From NCBI GenBank assembly GCA_049315845.1, contig JBMOJJ010000001.1, positions 1 to 50,969 on the forward strand: DNA of 50,969 bases, given 5' to 3'. This DNA comes from Rhodoferax sp. (GTDB lineage: Bacteria; Pseudomonadota; Gammaproteobacteria; Burkholderiales; Burkholderiaceae_C). Shown in pieces: positions 10,007-19,291 of this stretch (position 1 is its first letter; the number at the start of each line of letters is the position of its first letter). The translations under genes were made by a program, and so were the position numbers. The notes under the pieces are model-generated. The model made no database searches. It was given only the letters and a program-made list of their open reading frames with translations, and was not told where the DNA came from.

Positions 10007-10858
10007 TCAACCCAGTTCAAAGCTTGTCACGCCGAACAATCTGTCGATCGGCAGTCGCGGCGCGGCGCCCCGATACATGCGAGCAGTCTCAAAGGCAACG
10101 CTCATGCCGTGGCGCTGCGCGAGTTCCACTGCCGCCGGGTTGAGGGCCGGTGTGTCCAGAAAGACAGGTGCGCCTTTGGGCACCTGCGATTGCAAGGCCA
10201 GAAACAGGCGCTCGGCCAGGGCTGGCTCATCCGCCAGCAGCGGTCCCATCTTGTAACCGGACAAGCAGGGCCGCAGCACACCATAGCCTGCCAGCCGACC
10301 CGCTTGCATCAGACCCAGCGCGATCCCGCCCGGCGGCTTCAGCCAGCAGCGCAGGAACGCGCGGCGGTCGTCCGGGAAGAAAGGCTGGTCGTAGGCGGCG
10401 ATGTTCTCAAACGGCATCGTGTCCAGTTCCACCACGGCCCGATCGACCGGCGCTCGCCGCCCGCTCGCCCCCTGGTAGCGGATATTCCGGTACGCCATTT
10501 CAAACCCCGACTTGCGATAGTTTTCCTGCTGGGCCAGCACGCCATCCAGGCCGATGGTGCGTCCGCAAAGCCGTGCCAGACCGGCCTTCCAGATCTGCAG
10601 ACCCAAGCCACGGCCGCGGGAGTCCGGCTGGACGATGTAGAAGCCGATGAAGCCGAAGGCATCGCCGTACTTCACCGCAGAAATGGTGGCCACCGGTTCA
10701 TCGTCCAGCAAACCGACCAGAAAACCGCCGGGGTCGGCCGCATGGAAAGCGCGCGCATCGTGAAGCCCCGGGTTCCAGCCCTCTGCCGCGGCCCACGCAA
10801 TGGCCGTGTCGACCTCCGGTCGTGTCATGCTGCGGATCGTGAAGACTTTTTCTTTCAT
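10007..10858 (-). CDS. GNAT family N-acetyltransferase (YitH-like two-domain type)
   Basis: WAAAEGWNPG, FIGFYIV..RGRGLG acetyl-CoA motif, YRKSGF, GPLLAD and C-terminal FGVTSFELG. Confidence 0.9.
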   Translation of the reverse strand: MKEKVFTIRSMTRPEVDTAIAWAAAEGWNPGLHDARAFHAADPGGFLVGLLDDEPVATISAVKYGDAFGFIGFYIVQPDSRGRGLGLQIWKAGLARLCGRTIGLDGVLAQQENYRKSGFEMAYRNIRYQGASGRRAPVDRAVVELDTMPFENIAAYDQPFFPDDRRAFLRCWLKPPGGIALGLMQAGRLAGYGVLRPCLSGYKMGPLLADEPALAERLFLALQSQVPKGAPVFLDTPALNPAAVELAQRHGMSVAFETARMYRGAAPRLPIDRLFGVTSFELG

Positions 10859-11122
10859 GGGAGCCGCTGATTCTGCCAAACTTCATCTGCCTTCTCGCGC
10901 TCAGGCATCAAGAAAGAGCCGATCTCTGTCAAAGAGTCTCTTGCGCGTCAGCGTGACAAGGGCGACCCGGCAGGAAACTCGCCCGGGCTTGATCCAACGC
11001 AACATTCAACGCGATAACTGCTTGCGACCGCGCAGCGGAAGGAGTAGTGTGAAATGCGGAATATGTCGATGACAAGAATTTCGTGGATGGCCTGACATTT
11101 CCGTTTTTCAGTAGGAGACTAT

Positions 11123-11260
11123 ATGTTGACACTGCATTTACCCAAGAAGTTCGAGCCCATCAGCAAGAGTCTTGAGGGCTCGGATCCGGTCGCATGGATC
11201 GTCGGAGCCGTTGCCGGCGCATCGTTGATCGCCATTCTCGCTGCCGCCTTTTTCCGTTGA
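11123..11260 (+). CDS. Small (45 aa) membrane protein with a C-terminal TM helix
   Basis: TAGGAG RBS then ATG 11123; MLTLHLPKKFEPISKSLEGSDPVAWIVGAVAGASLIAILAAAFFR*. Below the ORF-track length cutoff. Confidence 0.65.
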   Translation: MLTLHLPKKFEPISKSLEGSDPVAWIVGAVAGASLIAILAAAFFR

Positions 11261-11559
11261 TCTGACTCAACGGGGATCGCCGGTCTGCCTCGTCCCGGCT
11301 CCCTGCACCCGCTCCGACAGTTCGGGCGTGACCACACCGCCAAGCTGAAGCATCAGCCCTGACCGCGCGCAACTGCGCGCGCAGCGAAAATATTCTGAAG
11401 CGCCTGTGCGTCAGCAGCGTATCAGCGCCCGCTTCAGGCAAAAGGGCTTCGCAGTACCATAGGCGCACCGCCCGCCAGGGGGCAGACTGGCGGCCAGACC
11501 GGCCCGGGACCGATCTGCCACTTGCCGATAAAACAGTTCCAGCACCGGGAGCACGCATC

Positions 11560-12180
11560 ATGCAGATCGATCCAGCCCTTCATTCAGCGCTCGATAACTA
11601 CAAATTGCTGACCAATCTGGTGATACCCCGCCCGATCGCCTGGGTCAGCACGCAGAGTGCGGACGGCGTTGTCAATCTCGCACCCTTCAGTTTCTTCAAC
11701 GCCGTCGGCAGCGACCCCTTGTACGTGATCGTCAGCATCGGCCAGACAGGCGACGCGACGCCCAAGGACACCGCGCGCAACATTCACGCGACCGGAGAGT
11801 TTGTGGTGAACATGGTGACTGAAGACCTGTTCGACGCCATGAACCTGTCCGCTGCGGACTTCCCGCCAGACCGCAGCGAACTGGAGGCGGCGCAACTGCA
11901 GACCGCGCCCTCGGTCCATATCAGCACGCCCCGGGTGGCGCAGGCGCAGGTGAGCCTCGAGTGCAAGCTCTTCAGCGCGCAGCCCCTTGGCTCGAACACG
12001 CTGTTCATCGGCGAAGTCCTGATGTTTCATGTTGCGGATCATTTGATCGGCCCGGGCTTGCGCGTCAGCAACTTTTCGCCGATCGGACGCTTGGGCTCAC
12101 CTTCAGTGTATTGCCGCACGACCGACCGGTTTGACATTGCGCGCGTTTCCTACGCCCAATGGTCCGACCCGGCGACCTGA
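11560..12180 (+). CDS. Flavin reductase-like FMN-binding protein (flavoredoxin/DIM6-NTAB family)
   Basis: YKLL..LVIPRPIAWVST, NLAPFSFFN, KDTARNI..TGEFVVN, LECKL and IGRLG motifs. Confidence 0.92.
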   Translation: MQIDPALHSALDNYKLLTNLVIPRPIAWVSTQSADGVVNLAPFSFFNAVGSDPLYVIVSIGQTGDATPKDTARNIHATGEFVVNMVTEDLFDAMNLSAADFPPDRSELEAAQLQTAPSVHISTPRVAQAQVSLECKLFSAQPLGSNTLFIGEVLMFHVADHLIGPGLRVSNFSPIGRLGSPSVYCRTTDRFDIARVSYAQWSDPAT

Positions 12181-12451
12181 AGGACCTGATTGCTCGCGCC
12201 ATGGTCAGGCCGGACCGGGCATGCACGGCGCAAGCAAAGTGCCCGCCATCGCACAAGCCGGCGGGCCTGCGATCAAGGGGTTGACAGGCTTGCTGTTTCT
12301 GTCGCCTTCGGCGACACCGCGCGCGGCGCCACACAAGAGCTTGCAATTGTTACAAGTGCTGCGGGGCCAAAACCGGCAAAGCGTCATACCCTAGTCGCAC
12401 GAAGGCTGAGTCGACTCAGCTCATTGATGCCACCGACCGGAGGACGCGATC

Positions 12452-12955
12452 ATGTTTGGATTTCTTGGCTTTGGCCGAAGCAGGCGCGTCAAGCATGAAG
12501 AGCCAAAACCAAAGGCAATACCGCAGATCGTCAGCGCAAAGTCCTGGAGAAATGAAAAGCAATGCGAGATGATCCGGCTTGCTTTGAACAATGTACTGTG
12601 TCGCCAAGGCATCGCATCGCAATGGCTCGCCTGCGAACTGCTGCCGATGCCGCGCCCGGGCGCGGCTGATCTGATGCTCACGCAGTTCGTGATATTCCAG
12701 TGGCGCGAAGGACTGATTCGCTATGCGCCCCGCCTGCAAGATGAATTGTTCGATGAAATTCATTCATTCGACAGCAGCGTGCTGGCGTCCGATTTTCTGT
12801 TCGTCTGGAAGTTTGCGCTTGAGAGCGAAACCGCCCCTGTCAAGCCCGCGGCGCAGGCCGTCAAATTTGATCTGCCGAAATCAGCGCTGGATCGCGATGA
12901 TGACGAAGATTGCGTTGACGACGGTTTCGCCGCCACGGTAGTGACCGGTCATTGA
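12452..12955 (+). CDS. Hypothetical protein with an acidic C-terminal tail
   Basis: GGAGG RBS; protein-like composition; ends DRDDDEDCVDDGFAATVVTGH. Confidence 0.75.
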   Translation: MFGFLGFGRSRRVKHEEPKPKAIPQIVSAKSWRNEKQCEMIRLALNNVLCRQGIASQWLACELLPMPRPGAADLMLTQFVIFQWREGLIRYAPRLQDELFDEIHSFDSSVLASDFLFVWKFALESETAPVKPAAQAVKFDLPKSALDRDDDEDCVDDGFAATVVTGH

Positions 12956-13048
12956 CCGCAGCATCGCCGATCCGGGCGATGTTGTCCATGGTGCGATACT
13001 GCGCGCCGTGTGTCTGAATTCCTTGTCCGTTTCCAGTTCCTTGCCACC

Positions 13049-14953
13049 ATGAACATTCCATTCCTTTGTTGCGCGATCAGCGCCGTGCTTTCATTTGCGC
13101 CTGTCGGCGATGCGGTTGCGGCCGGCACCGCCAAGCCAGCGACCCGGATCCGGGCCGAGATTTCGGCCGAGCATCGCTGGGACTTCACACCGATCTACAC
13201 CAGTTGGGAAGCCTGGGAAGCCGGCATGAAGGAGATTGACGCCAGGATCGACGCGTTTGTCGGGATGCAGGGCTCGCTCAGCAAGGGCCCCGATGCGGTC
13301 CTGAAAGCCTACAAGGCATTCGATGAAATCGGCATGCTGCAGTACAAGGTGTATGGCTACACCTCGCTGCAACGCGACGTCGATACCCGCAACCAGGATA
13401 TCTCGGGAAAATTCCAGCGCGTGATGGCCCTGTTTGCCAAGCTGGGAACCGCCACGTCGTGGTTCACGCCCGAGCTGTTGACGATCCCGCAGCCGACGAT
13501 GGAAGGCTGGATTGCCGCCACGCCGGCACTGCGGCCTTACCGATTCTCGATCATCGACAACTACCGGCAGCAGACCCATGTGCTGGACGAGAAAGGCGAG
13601 CGTCTGCTGTCCTACGCAGCGCGATTCGACGCAACGCCGCGGGCCGCCTTTCAGGAACTGTCGACCTCGGATATCAAGTTCCCGCTGGTGACCCTGTCCG
13701 ATGGCAAGGAGATCAAGCTGTCGCCGGGCACCTACCAGTCGGTGCTGGCGACCAATCACACGCAGGCCGACCGCGCCAAGGCTTTCGAGACCTTCGTCAA
13801 GACCTATGCGGCGACGAGCAACACCTACGCCGCGATCTACAACGGCGTGCTGCAGCGCGACTGGTTCAATGCGCAAGCGCGCAATTTCCCCGACACGCTG
13901 GAGGCGGCGCTCGACGGCAACGCCATTCCCGCATCGGTTGTGACAACGCTGGTCGATACGGTGCGCAAGGGCACGGCGCCGTTGCAACGCTACATGAAGC
14001 TGCGAAAGAAGCTGCTCGGCCTGGAAACCTACCACCCGTATGACGGCGCAATCCCGATCTACAAGACGGACAAGATCTATACCTATGCGGATTCGCGGGA
14101 CCATGTGCTGGCCTCGGTCGCGCCGCTCGGTCCGGACTACGTCGCCAAATATAAAAAGTTCCTGGCCGGCAAACAGGTCGATGTGTACGAGAACGAGGGT
14201 AAGCGCAGCGGCGCCTATGTCAGCGGCATTTACGGCGCCGGGCCCTATATGCTACTGAACCACAACGATACGCAGAACGCACTGTTCACGCTCGCTCACG
14301 AAGGCGGCCATGCGATGCACACCGTGCTTTCGCACGAGTCGCAGCCGTTCGTGACCGCAGGCTACACCATCTTTGTCGCCGAGGTGGCGTCCACCACCAA
14401 CGAGCGTTTCCTGCTGAACCACCTGCTGCAGACGACGCATGACCCGAAGGAGCGATTTCTGCTGCTGCAGCACGCGGTCGATGCGATCGTCGGAACTTTT
14501 TACACACAGGTTCTGTTTGCCGACTATGAATTGCAGGCGCACAAGCTGGTCGAGCAGGGCAAGCCGATCACTTCCGACGTGCTGAGCGATATCTACCTCA
14601 AGCTGATGAGGGACTATTACGGCGACACGGTCGCAATCGACGAGCTGTACAAATACACCTGGTCGCGCATTCCGCATTTCTACAATTCTCCGTACTACGT
14701 TTATCAGTACGCGACCTGCTTCGCTTCGTCAGCCAAGCTGTTCAAGGACATGACAACCGGCCCGGACGCGGCGCGCGCCGCGGCCACCGAGCGCTACCTT
14801 ACCCTGCTCAGGAGCGGAGGCAGCGATCATCCGATGCGCCAGCTGCAGGGCGCCGGAGTTGACCTCTCCAGGCGCGAGACCGTGCAGGCGATGGTGGACC
14901 AGATGGAAGAACTGGTCACGCAGATGGAAGTTGAAGCCGCAAAGATTCGATGA
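13049..14953 (+). CDS. pepF: Oligoendopeptidase F (M3B), with an N-terminal signal peptide
   Basis: WDFTPIY, GKRSGAY, zinc motif TLAHEGGHAMH, IFVAEVAST.NE, WSRIPHFY..YYVYQYA and GGSDHP. Confidence 0.93.
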   Translation: MNIPFLCCAISAVLSFAPVGDAVAAGTAKPATRIRAEISAEHRWDFTPIYTSWEAWEAGMKEIDARIDAFVGMQGSLSKGPDAVLKAYKAFDEIGMLQYKVYGYTSLQRDVDTRNQDISGKFQRVMALFAKLGTATSWFTPELLTIPQPTMEGWIAATPALRPYRFSIIDNYRQQTHVLDEKGERLLSYAARFDATPRAAFQELSTSDIKFPLVTLSDGKEIKLSPGTYQSVLATNHTQADRAKAFETFVKTYAATSNTYAAIYNGVLQRDWFNAQARNFPDTLEAALDGNAIPASVVTTLVDTVRKGTAPLQRYMKLRKKLLGLETYHPYDGAIPIYKTDKIYTYADSRDHVLASVAPLGPDYVAKYKKFLAGKQVDVYENEGKRSGAYVSGIYGAGPYMLLNHNDTQNALFTLAHEGGHAMHTVLSHESQPFVTAGYTIFVAEVASTTNERFLLNHLLQTTHDPKERFLLLQHAVDAIVGTFYTQVLFADYELQAHKLVEQGKPITSDVLSDIYLKLMRDYYGDTVAIDELYKYTWSRIPHFYNSPYYVYQYATCFASSAKLFKDMTTGPDAARAAATERYLTLLRSGGSDHPMRQLQGAGVDLSRRETVQAMVDQMEELVTQMEVEAAKIR

Positions 14954-15007
14954 GCCATCCCGCAGCCAGCTTGACAAGCCGCTGAAGCAAGCCTGAAAGG
15001 CGCTCGC

Positions 15008-15832
15008 GTGTCGCTTCGGGCCGATTCACTGGCAGCGCTGCAGATTCGCGGTCCGGCGGCAAAATGCGCCGCCGCCATCGCACTGCGCTGCGACGCCTCG
15101 GAAGTCGATTCAGCCGAACTGTTTGCGCAGCCGCTCAACCTGCCCTGCAGGCCGGATCGGCCCGAGCTGGTTTCCATCTTGAAGACGCAGCAGCGTTCAG
15201 TTCATACGGTTACCGGTCGTGCCGCCCTGATTCACTCGCTCGCGCATATTGAACTCAATGCGGTGGACCTTGGCCTGGACATCGTCTGGCGTTTTCCTGG
15301 CATGCCAACGCAGTTCTATCTTGACTGGGCGATGGTGGCGCAGGAGGAGGCCAGGCACTATGGCTTGCTGGCCGATCATCTGTCGGGTCTTGGCTTTCAA
15401 TACGGCGATTTTCCGGCACACAGCGGCCTTTGGGACATGGCGCAAAAGACCAGTGCGGACCTGCTGGCCCGTCTGGCGCTGGTGCCCCGAACCCTCGAGG
15501 CGCGCGGGCTTGATGCATCGCCGCGGGTGCGCGACAAGCTGCTTTCGGTGGGAGACCGGCGCGGCGCTGAAATACTATCGGTCATCCTGCAAGACGAGAT
15601 CGGGCATGTGGCAACCGGAAACCGGTGGTACCGGTGGCTTTGCAGCGAGCGCGGAATCGACCCGATGGCGACCTACACGCTGCTGGCGCTCCGATACTCG
15701 GCGCCAAGGCTTCGCGGGCCGTTCAACCTAGAGGCCAGGCGCGCCGCCGGTTTTGACGAGGATGAACTGGCGGCGCTGCTGCGCGTGTCAATCGACGCCA
15801 TGGACAGCGCGCGACAGGCGCGAAGCAACTGA
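15008..15832 (+). CDS. Ferritin-like DUF455 protein
   Basis: HSLAHIELNA, EEARH, GDFPAH.GLW, LEARGLD and DEIGHV..G..W di-iron-type ligands; GTG start. Confidence 0.9.
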   Translation: MSLRADSLAALQIRGPAAKCAAAIALRCDASEVDSAELFAQPLNLPCRPDRPELVSILKTQQRSVHTVTGRAALIHSLAHIELNAVDLGLDIVWRFPGMPTQFYLDWAMVAQEEARHYGLLADHLSGLGFQYGDFPAHSGLWDMAQKTSADLLARLALVPRTLEARGLDASPRVRDKLLSVGDRRGAEILSVILQDEIGHVATGNRWYRWLCSERGIDPMATYTLLALRYSAPRLRGPFNLEARRAAGFDEDELAALLRVSIDAMDSARQARSN

Positions 15833-15838
15833 AAGCGC

Positions 15839-16102
15839 TCAGGCCTGGGGCGTGACCACCGGTCCGACGTCCCCTTCCAGATTCGACACGATCGCCTTGC
15901 GATACTCGGAGACATAGAAATCCACCGCCCTGGTCTGATCCTCCTGCTTGCCGTTGTGGGACAGGAAGTTGAAGGCGTTGTAGCGGCCCGCCGCGAAAAG
16001 GATGGCGGCACTAACCTCCCCGTCATTTCCGTCCACGGCCAATCGGTTGGCGAGATGGATGAACTCGTCAACGAGCTTGAGAAATTCGGGAGGATAGGCC
16101 AT
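15839..16102 (-). CDS. DUF3144-like small protein
   Basis: F..LVDEFIHLAN...VSAAILFAAGRYNAF...FYVSEYRK...NL pattern; start moved to ATG 16102. Confidence 0.78.
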   Translation of the reverse strand: MAYPPEFLKLVDEFIHLANRLAVDGNDGEVSAAILFAAGRYNAFNFLSHNGKQEDQTRAVDFYVSEYRKAIVSNLEGDVGPVVTPQA

Positions 16103-16227
16103 GACAGTCTTTTCGTTGCAGTGATCGAATTGCGCAAACCGGCGCTTGTCGCGGCTGTCAGCACCATGCGAGCATATCGCAAGGCGATTTGGCATATGAT
16201 GCGCGTGCTCAAAAACGAAAGAAACGC

Positions 16228-16560
16228 GTGAACTGGTCAAGCAACCCTTTTTCCGACAGCCGTGGCGCACCGCTCCCCATGTGGGACACAGACGCATTGC
16301 TCATCGATGTGCGAACGGCAGCAGAATATGCCGGCGGTCATGTCGAGGGCGCCATCAACCTGCCGCTGGATCGATTCGCACAGGACTATGCAACTGTCGC
16401 CCCCGACCCGTCCAGACAGATCATCCTGTATTGCCAATCCGGTGCCCGTTCCGGGCAAGCGCTGCAGTTCCTGCAGCAGCAACGCTACAAACAGGTGGTC
16501 AATGGCGGCTCGGCCGCAGCGGTCGCATTGAAGACAGATCGCCCGATCCGGCGCGATTAG
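16228..16560 (+). CDS. Single-domain rhodanese (PspE-like sulfurtransferase)
   Basis: LIDVRT..EY..GHVEGAINLP and active-site loop YCQSGARS. Start uncertain (GTG 16228 or ATG 16279). Confidence 0.9.
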   Translation: MNWSSNPFSDSRGAPLPMWDTDALLIDVRTAAEYAGGHVEGAINLPLDRFAQDYATVAPDPSRQIILYCQSGARSGQALQFLQQQRYKQVVNGGSAAAVALKTDRPIRRD

Positions 16561-16621
16561 CGCGGTCCCGGCCCTCAGTCAAGCCCGGGCTACCAATCGA
16601 GCGGGTCGGACCGGCGCTTGA

Positions 16622-17512
16622 TCAGGAGTCGGCCGCGTCTTGTGGCCTTGGCAGGCGTGGCGATCCGAGGAAGAGCACCGGATCGACCATGGCGCGGTTC
16701 AGGCTGACCGACCAGTGCAGGTGGGGACCGGTGGCACGGCCGCTTGCCCCGACCTGGCCGATGACAGACCCGGCGCTGACCTGGTCACCGGTCTCGACCT
16801 GGATCGATGACAGATGGCAATACATCGTCAGGAAGCCCGAACCATGGTCAAGCCAAATCGTTTGGCCGTTGAAGAAGTAGTTGCCGGTGTCGATCACGAC
16901 GCCCGTCGTCGCGGCCAGCACCGGCTCGCCCTGGCCTGCGGCAATGTCCATTCCACTGTGAGGGCTGCGCGATTGACCGTTGAAGACACGCCGCAGTCCA
17001 AATGAACTGGAGCGCCGGCCGCTTGCCGGTTGCCGCAGTTGCAGGTCAGCGGGTTGGCTGGCGCTGACGGTCGCCATCACCTGGTTCAGGTGCACCCGTT
17101 CACGCTCGTAGCGGGCCAGGTCTTGCGGCGACAGATCGACATGTCCAGGCTCAACCTTGAGGCGTTGCTCGGGATAACGGAAGGGACTGATCGTGAAGGG
17201 CATGACAGCGTCCGGCGCACCCTCGCGCTTCACGTGCAGAATTGCCGGACCGGGAACCGATGTCAACGGGATGCCGACAACCGCCGTCCATTGCGTGCTC
17301 TCCCTCAGCACCAAAACCGGCACGCCACCGAAGCGCGCCGCGGGTGGCTGCGCCGAGGATCCGAGCCCGATCTTCACCACGCCACCGGGTGTGGCGCGCT
17401 GCTCCGGCATTTCGATCGCGCCAAGTCCCCAGGACAGGGCGCAAAGAAGCAGTCCGACCCCTGCTGCCGGCAAAGAAACGGCAAGACCGGTCGTCGTGGG
17501 CGAGGAGCACAT
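16622..17512 (-). CDS. M23 family peptidoglycan DD-metalloendopeptidase
   Basis: SSSFGLRRVFNG, HSGMD (HxxxD), YCHL and TGPHLHW (HxH). Confidence 0.92.
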   Translation of the reverse strand: MCSSPTTTGLAVSLPAAGVGLLLCALSWGLGAIEMPEQRATPGGVVKIGLGSSAQPPAARFGGVPVLVLRESTQWTAVVGIPLTSVPGPAILHVKREGAPDAVMPFTISPFRYPEQRLKVEPGHVDLSPQDLARYERERVHLNQVMATVSASQPADLQLRQPASGRRSSSFGLRRVFNGQSRSPHSGMDIAAGQGEPVLAATTGVVIDTGNYFFNGQTIWLDHGSGFLTMYCHLSSIQVETGDQVSAGSVIGQVGASGRATGPHLHWSVSLNRAMVDPVLFLGSPRLPRPQDAADS

Positions 17513-17529
17513 GCCAAATCAGCAGGCCG

Positions 17530-18873
17530 CTACTTGGGGCTTCTGCGCAGCAGCACGGTCAGCACCGGCGGCGTGATCAGCGTCGTCAGGATGACCATGA
17601 TCACGATGACAGAGAACATCGCCTCGCTCATCACGCCCAACTGCTTTCCGACCATCGCGAAAATCAGACCCACCTCTCCGCGCGGCACCATGCCCCAGCC
17701 CACCAGCCACTTGCCGGACCGGCCCGCCGCAACACCGGCGACGAGTTTGCCAAGGATCGCCGCCAGGGTCACACCCAGTCCAATCCCCAGGACCTTCGGA
17801 TCCGACATGGTTGCCAGATCAACCTGCATGCCTGTCAGGACAAAGAACACCGGCACAAAGAAATAGCCGATCGGTTCAATCATCTGCTCATGCTGGTGGC
17901 CTCCATGCTTGAGCAGGACTGGCGTCAAGCGCTCCGCCGCCCCTGGCGGCAGATCGGCAAGCAGAGGTTCAATCTCGCGGACGATCTGCGGGCGTTCGAA
18001 GTCCTTGAGAAAGACCGGCTCGAAAAGCAGGCCGGCGGCGAACGCGCCAATGATGGGCGCCAATCCCAGCACATGGGCCAGCCACGCGAGTGCCAGCGCA
18101 GTCGCGAGCACCTGGGCAAACAGCATCGAGGGTCCGGCATCGATCCTGGCCAGCCACTGACTGGAGCGCGGTGCAATCAGTCGACCGATCCAGATCGATC
18201 CGACCAGGAAGCCGGCGGCCTGCAGGATGATGCCGGCCACCTGCCCCAGGCTGACACTGCCCACCTGAACCAGGCTGGAGACAACGGCAAGAATCACCAG
18301 ACCCAGCACATCGTCGATCACGGCGGCACCCAGAACAATCTGCGCCGCCGGCAGATCCAGTTTGCCAAGATCGCGGAACACGCGCCCGGTGATGCCGACC
18401 GAAGTCGCCGCCAGCGTCGCGCCCAGAAACAGGTAGGCATGGGCGGACAAGCCGGGCAGCAGCCAGGGACCGACGACGAAGGCTCCCAGAAGAAAAGGCG
18501 CCACGATGCCAATCGTACCGACCGCAAACGCGCGCGGACCGACCCGGACCAAGTCGGCCAGCCGGGTCTCCAGCCCGATCTGAAGCAGCAGGACGATGAC
18601 CCCCAGCTCAGCGATGAACTCGATGATCGGGTCGGTGCGGATGGATTCGAATGCGCCGACTCCGACCAGCGCAAGGTTGCCCAGCACGACCCCAAGCAGC
18701 AACTCGCCCAATACCGCAGGGAAACCGACGCGCTGCGCCAGCGGCGCAAAAAGGCGCGCACTCATCAGGATGATCGCCAGCCAAAGCAGGTTGGTGCCCA
18801 CAGCACCGGCGGCCGAGGCCCATGCAAAAAGAGGGCAAAGCGCGAGAGCGGCCGCCGCGATGTAAGGTTTCAT
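17530..18873 (-). CDS. Cation:proton antiporter (CPA2, KefB/NapA-like)
   Basis: Polytopic membrane protein with PAVLGEL..G, IGLE, ATSVGIT, AAVIDD, GAFAAG and GMVPRGEVG. Confidence 0.92.
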   Translation of the reverse strand: MKPYIAAAALALCPLFAWASAAGAVGTNLLWLAIILMSARLFAPLAQRVGFPAVLGELLLGVVLGNLALVGVGAFESIRTDPIIEFIAELGVIVLLLQIGLETRLADLVRVGPRAFAVGTIGIVAPFLLGAFVVGPWLLPGLSAHAYLFLGATLAATSVGITGRVFRDLGKLDLPAAQIVLGAAVIDDVLGLVILAVVSSLVQVGSVSLGQVAGIILQAAGFLVGSIWIGRLIAPRSSQWLARIDAGPSMLFAQVLATALALAWLAHVLGLAPIIGAFAAGLLFEPVFLKDFERPQIVREIEPLLADLPPGAAERLTPVLLKHGGHQHEQMIEPIGYFFVPVFFVLTGMQVDLATMSDPKVLGIGLGVTLAAILGKLVAGVAAGRSGKWLVGWGMVPRGEVGLIFAMVGKQLGVMSEAMFSVIVIMVILTTLITPPVLTVLLRRSPK

Positions 18874-18886
18874 GAATTAATTCATT

Positions 18887-19270
18887 CTACGGCGCCTTCG
18901 ATGCTCCGGCGGCCGAGCGCACGAGCTGAAGTTGTGACCCGAGCCACGAGCGGCTGGCGACCGCCGCCCCGCCTGAGCACCTGACCAGATAGGCCTGGCC
19001 CGAAATGCTGCTGCTGGATGCACCCAGTTCAATGAACTGCTCGGCGCTCTGCACCAGACCCCGGTCTTCAAGGTATTTGAGCTTGTTCAGAAGATGGGCC
19101 TTGGCCTGCGCGGCCTGGTACCAGCTGCCGTTGCGATTGAAATCACAGGCCGAGACTTCAAGCCTTGACAGCAGGACCTCGATCTCGACCCGGGCAGCCG
19201 GAGCAAGCGTCGCGGCGCTGCTCGCCGCAGCGGCGAACCAGGTCAGCAGAAGAGCCAGGAATCGTCGCAT
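18887..19270 (-). CDS. DUF5329 (YfeK-like) exported protein
   Basis: Signal peptide; C.FNRNGSWY...A.AHL..K, SAEQFI..AS.SS.SG..Y.V.C pattern. Confidence 0.82.
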   Translation of the reverse strand: MRRFLALLLTWFAAAASSAATLAPAARVEIEVLLSRLEVSACDFNRNGSWYQAAQAKAHLLNKLKYLEDRGLVQSAEQFIELGASSSSISGQAYLVRCSGGAAVASRSWLGSQLQLVRSAAGASKAP

Positions 19271-19291
19271 CGTTCGGCCCCGCGCCGCTGC

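Noticed and set aside
17242-18984. 580-aa plus-strand ORF (likewise 3308-4678, 25277-26518, 31210-32451, 42231-43739, 43950-45323 and 44440-46308)
   Set aside because: Stop-poor antisense or alternate frames of well-supported genes in high-GC DNA; no motifs and implausible composition.
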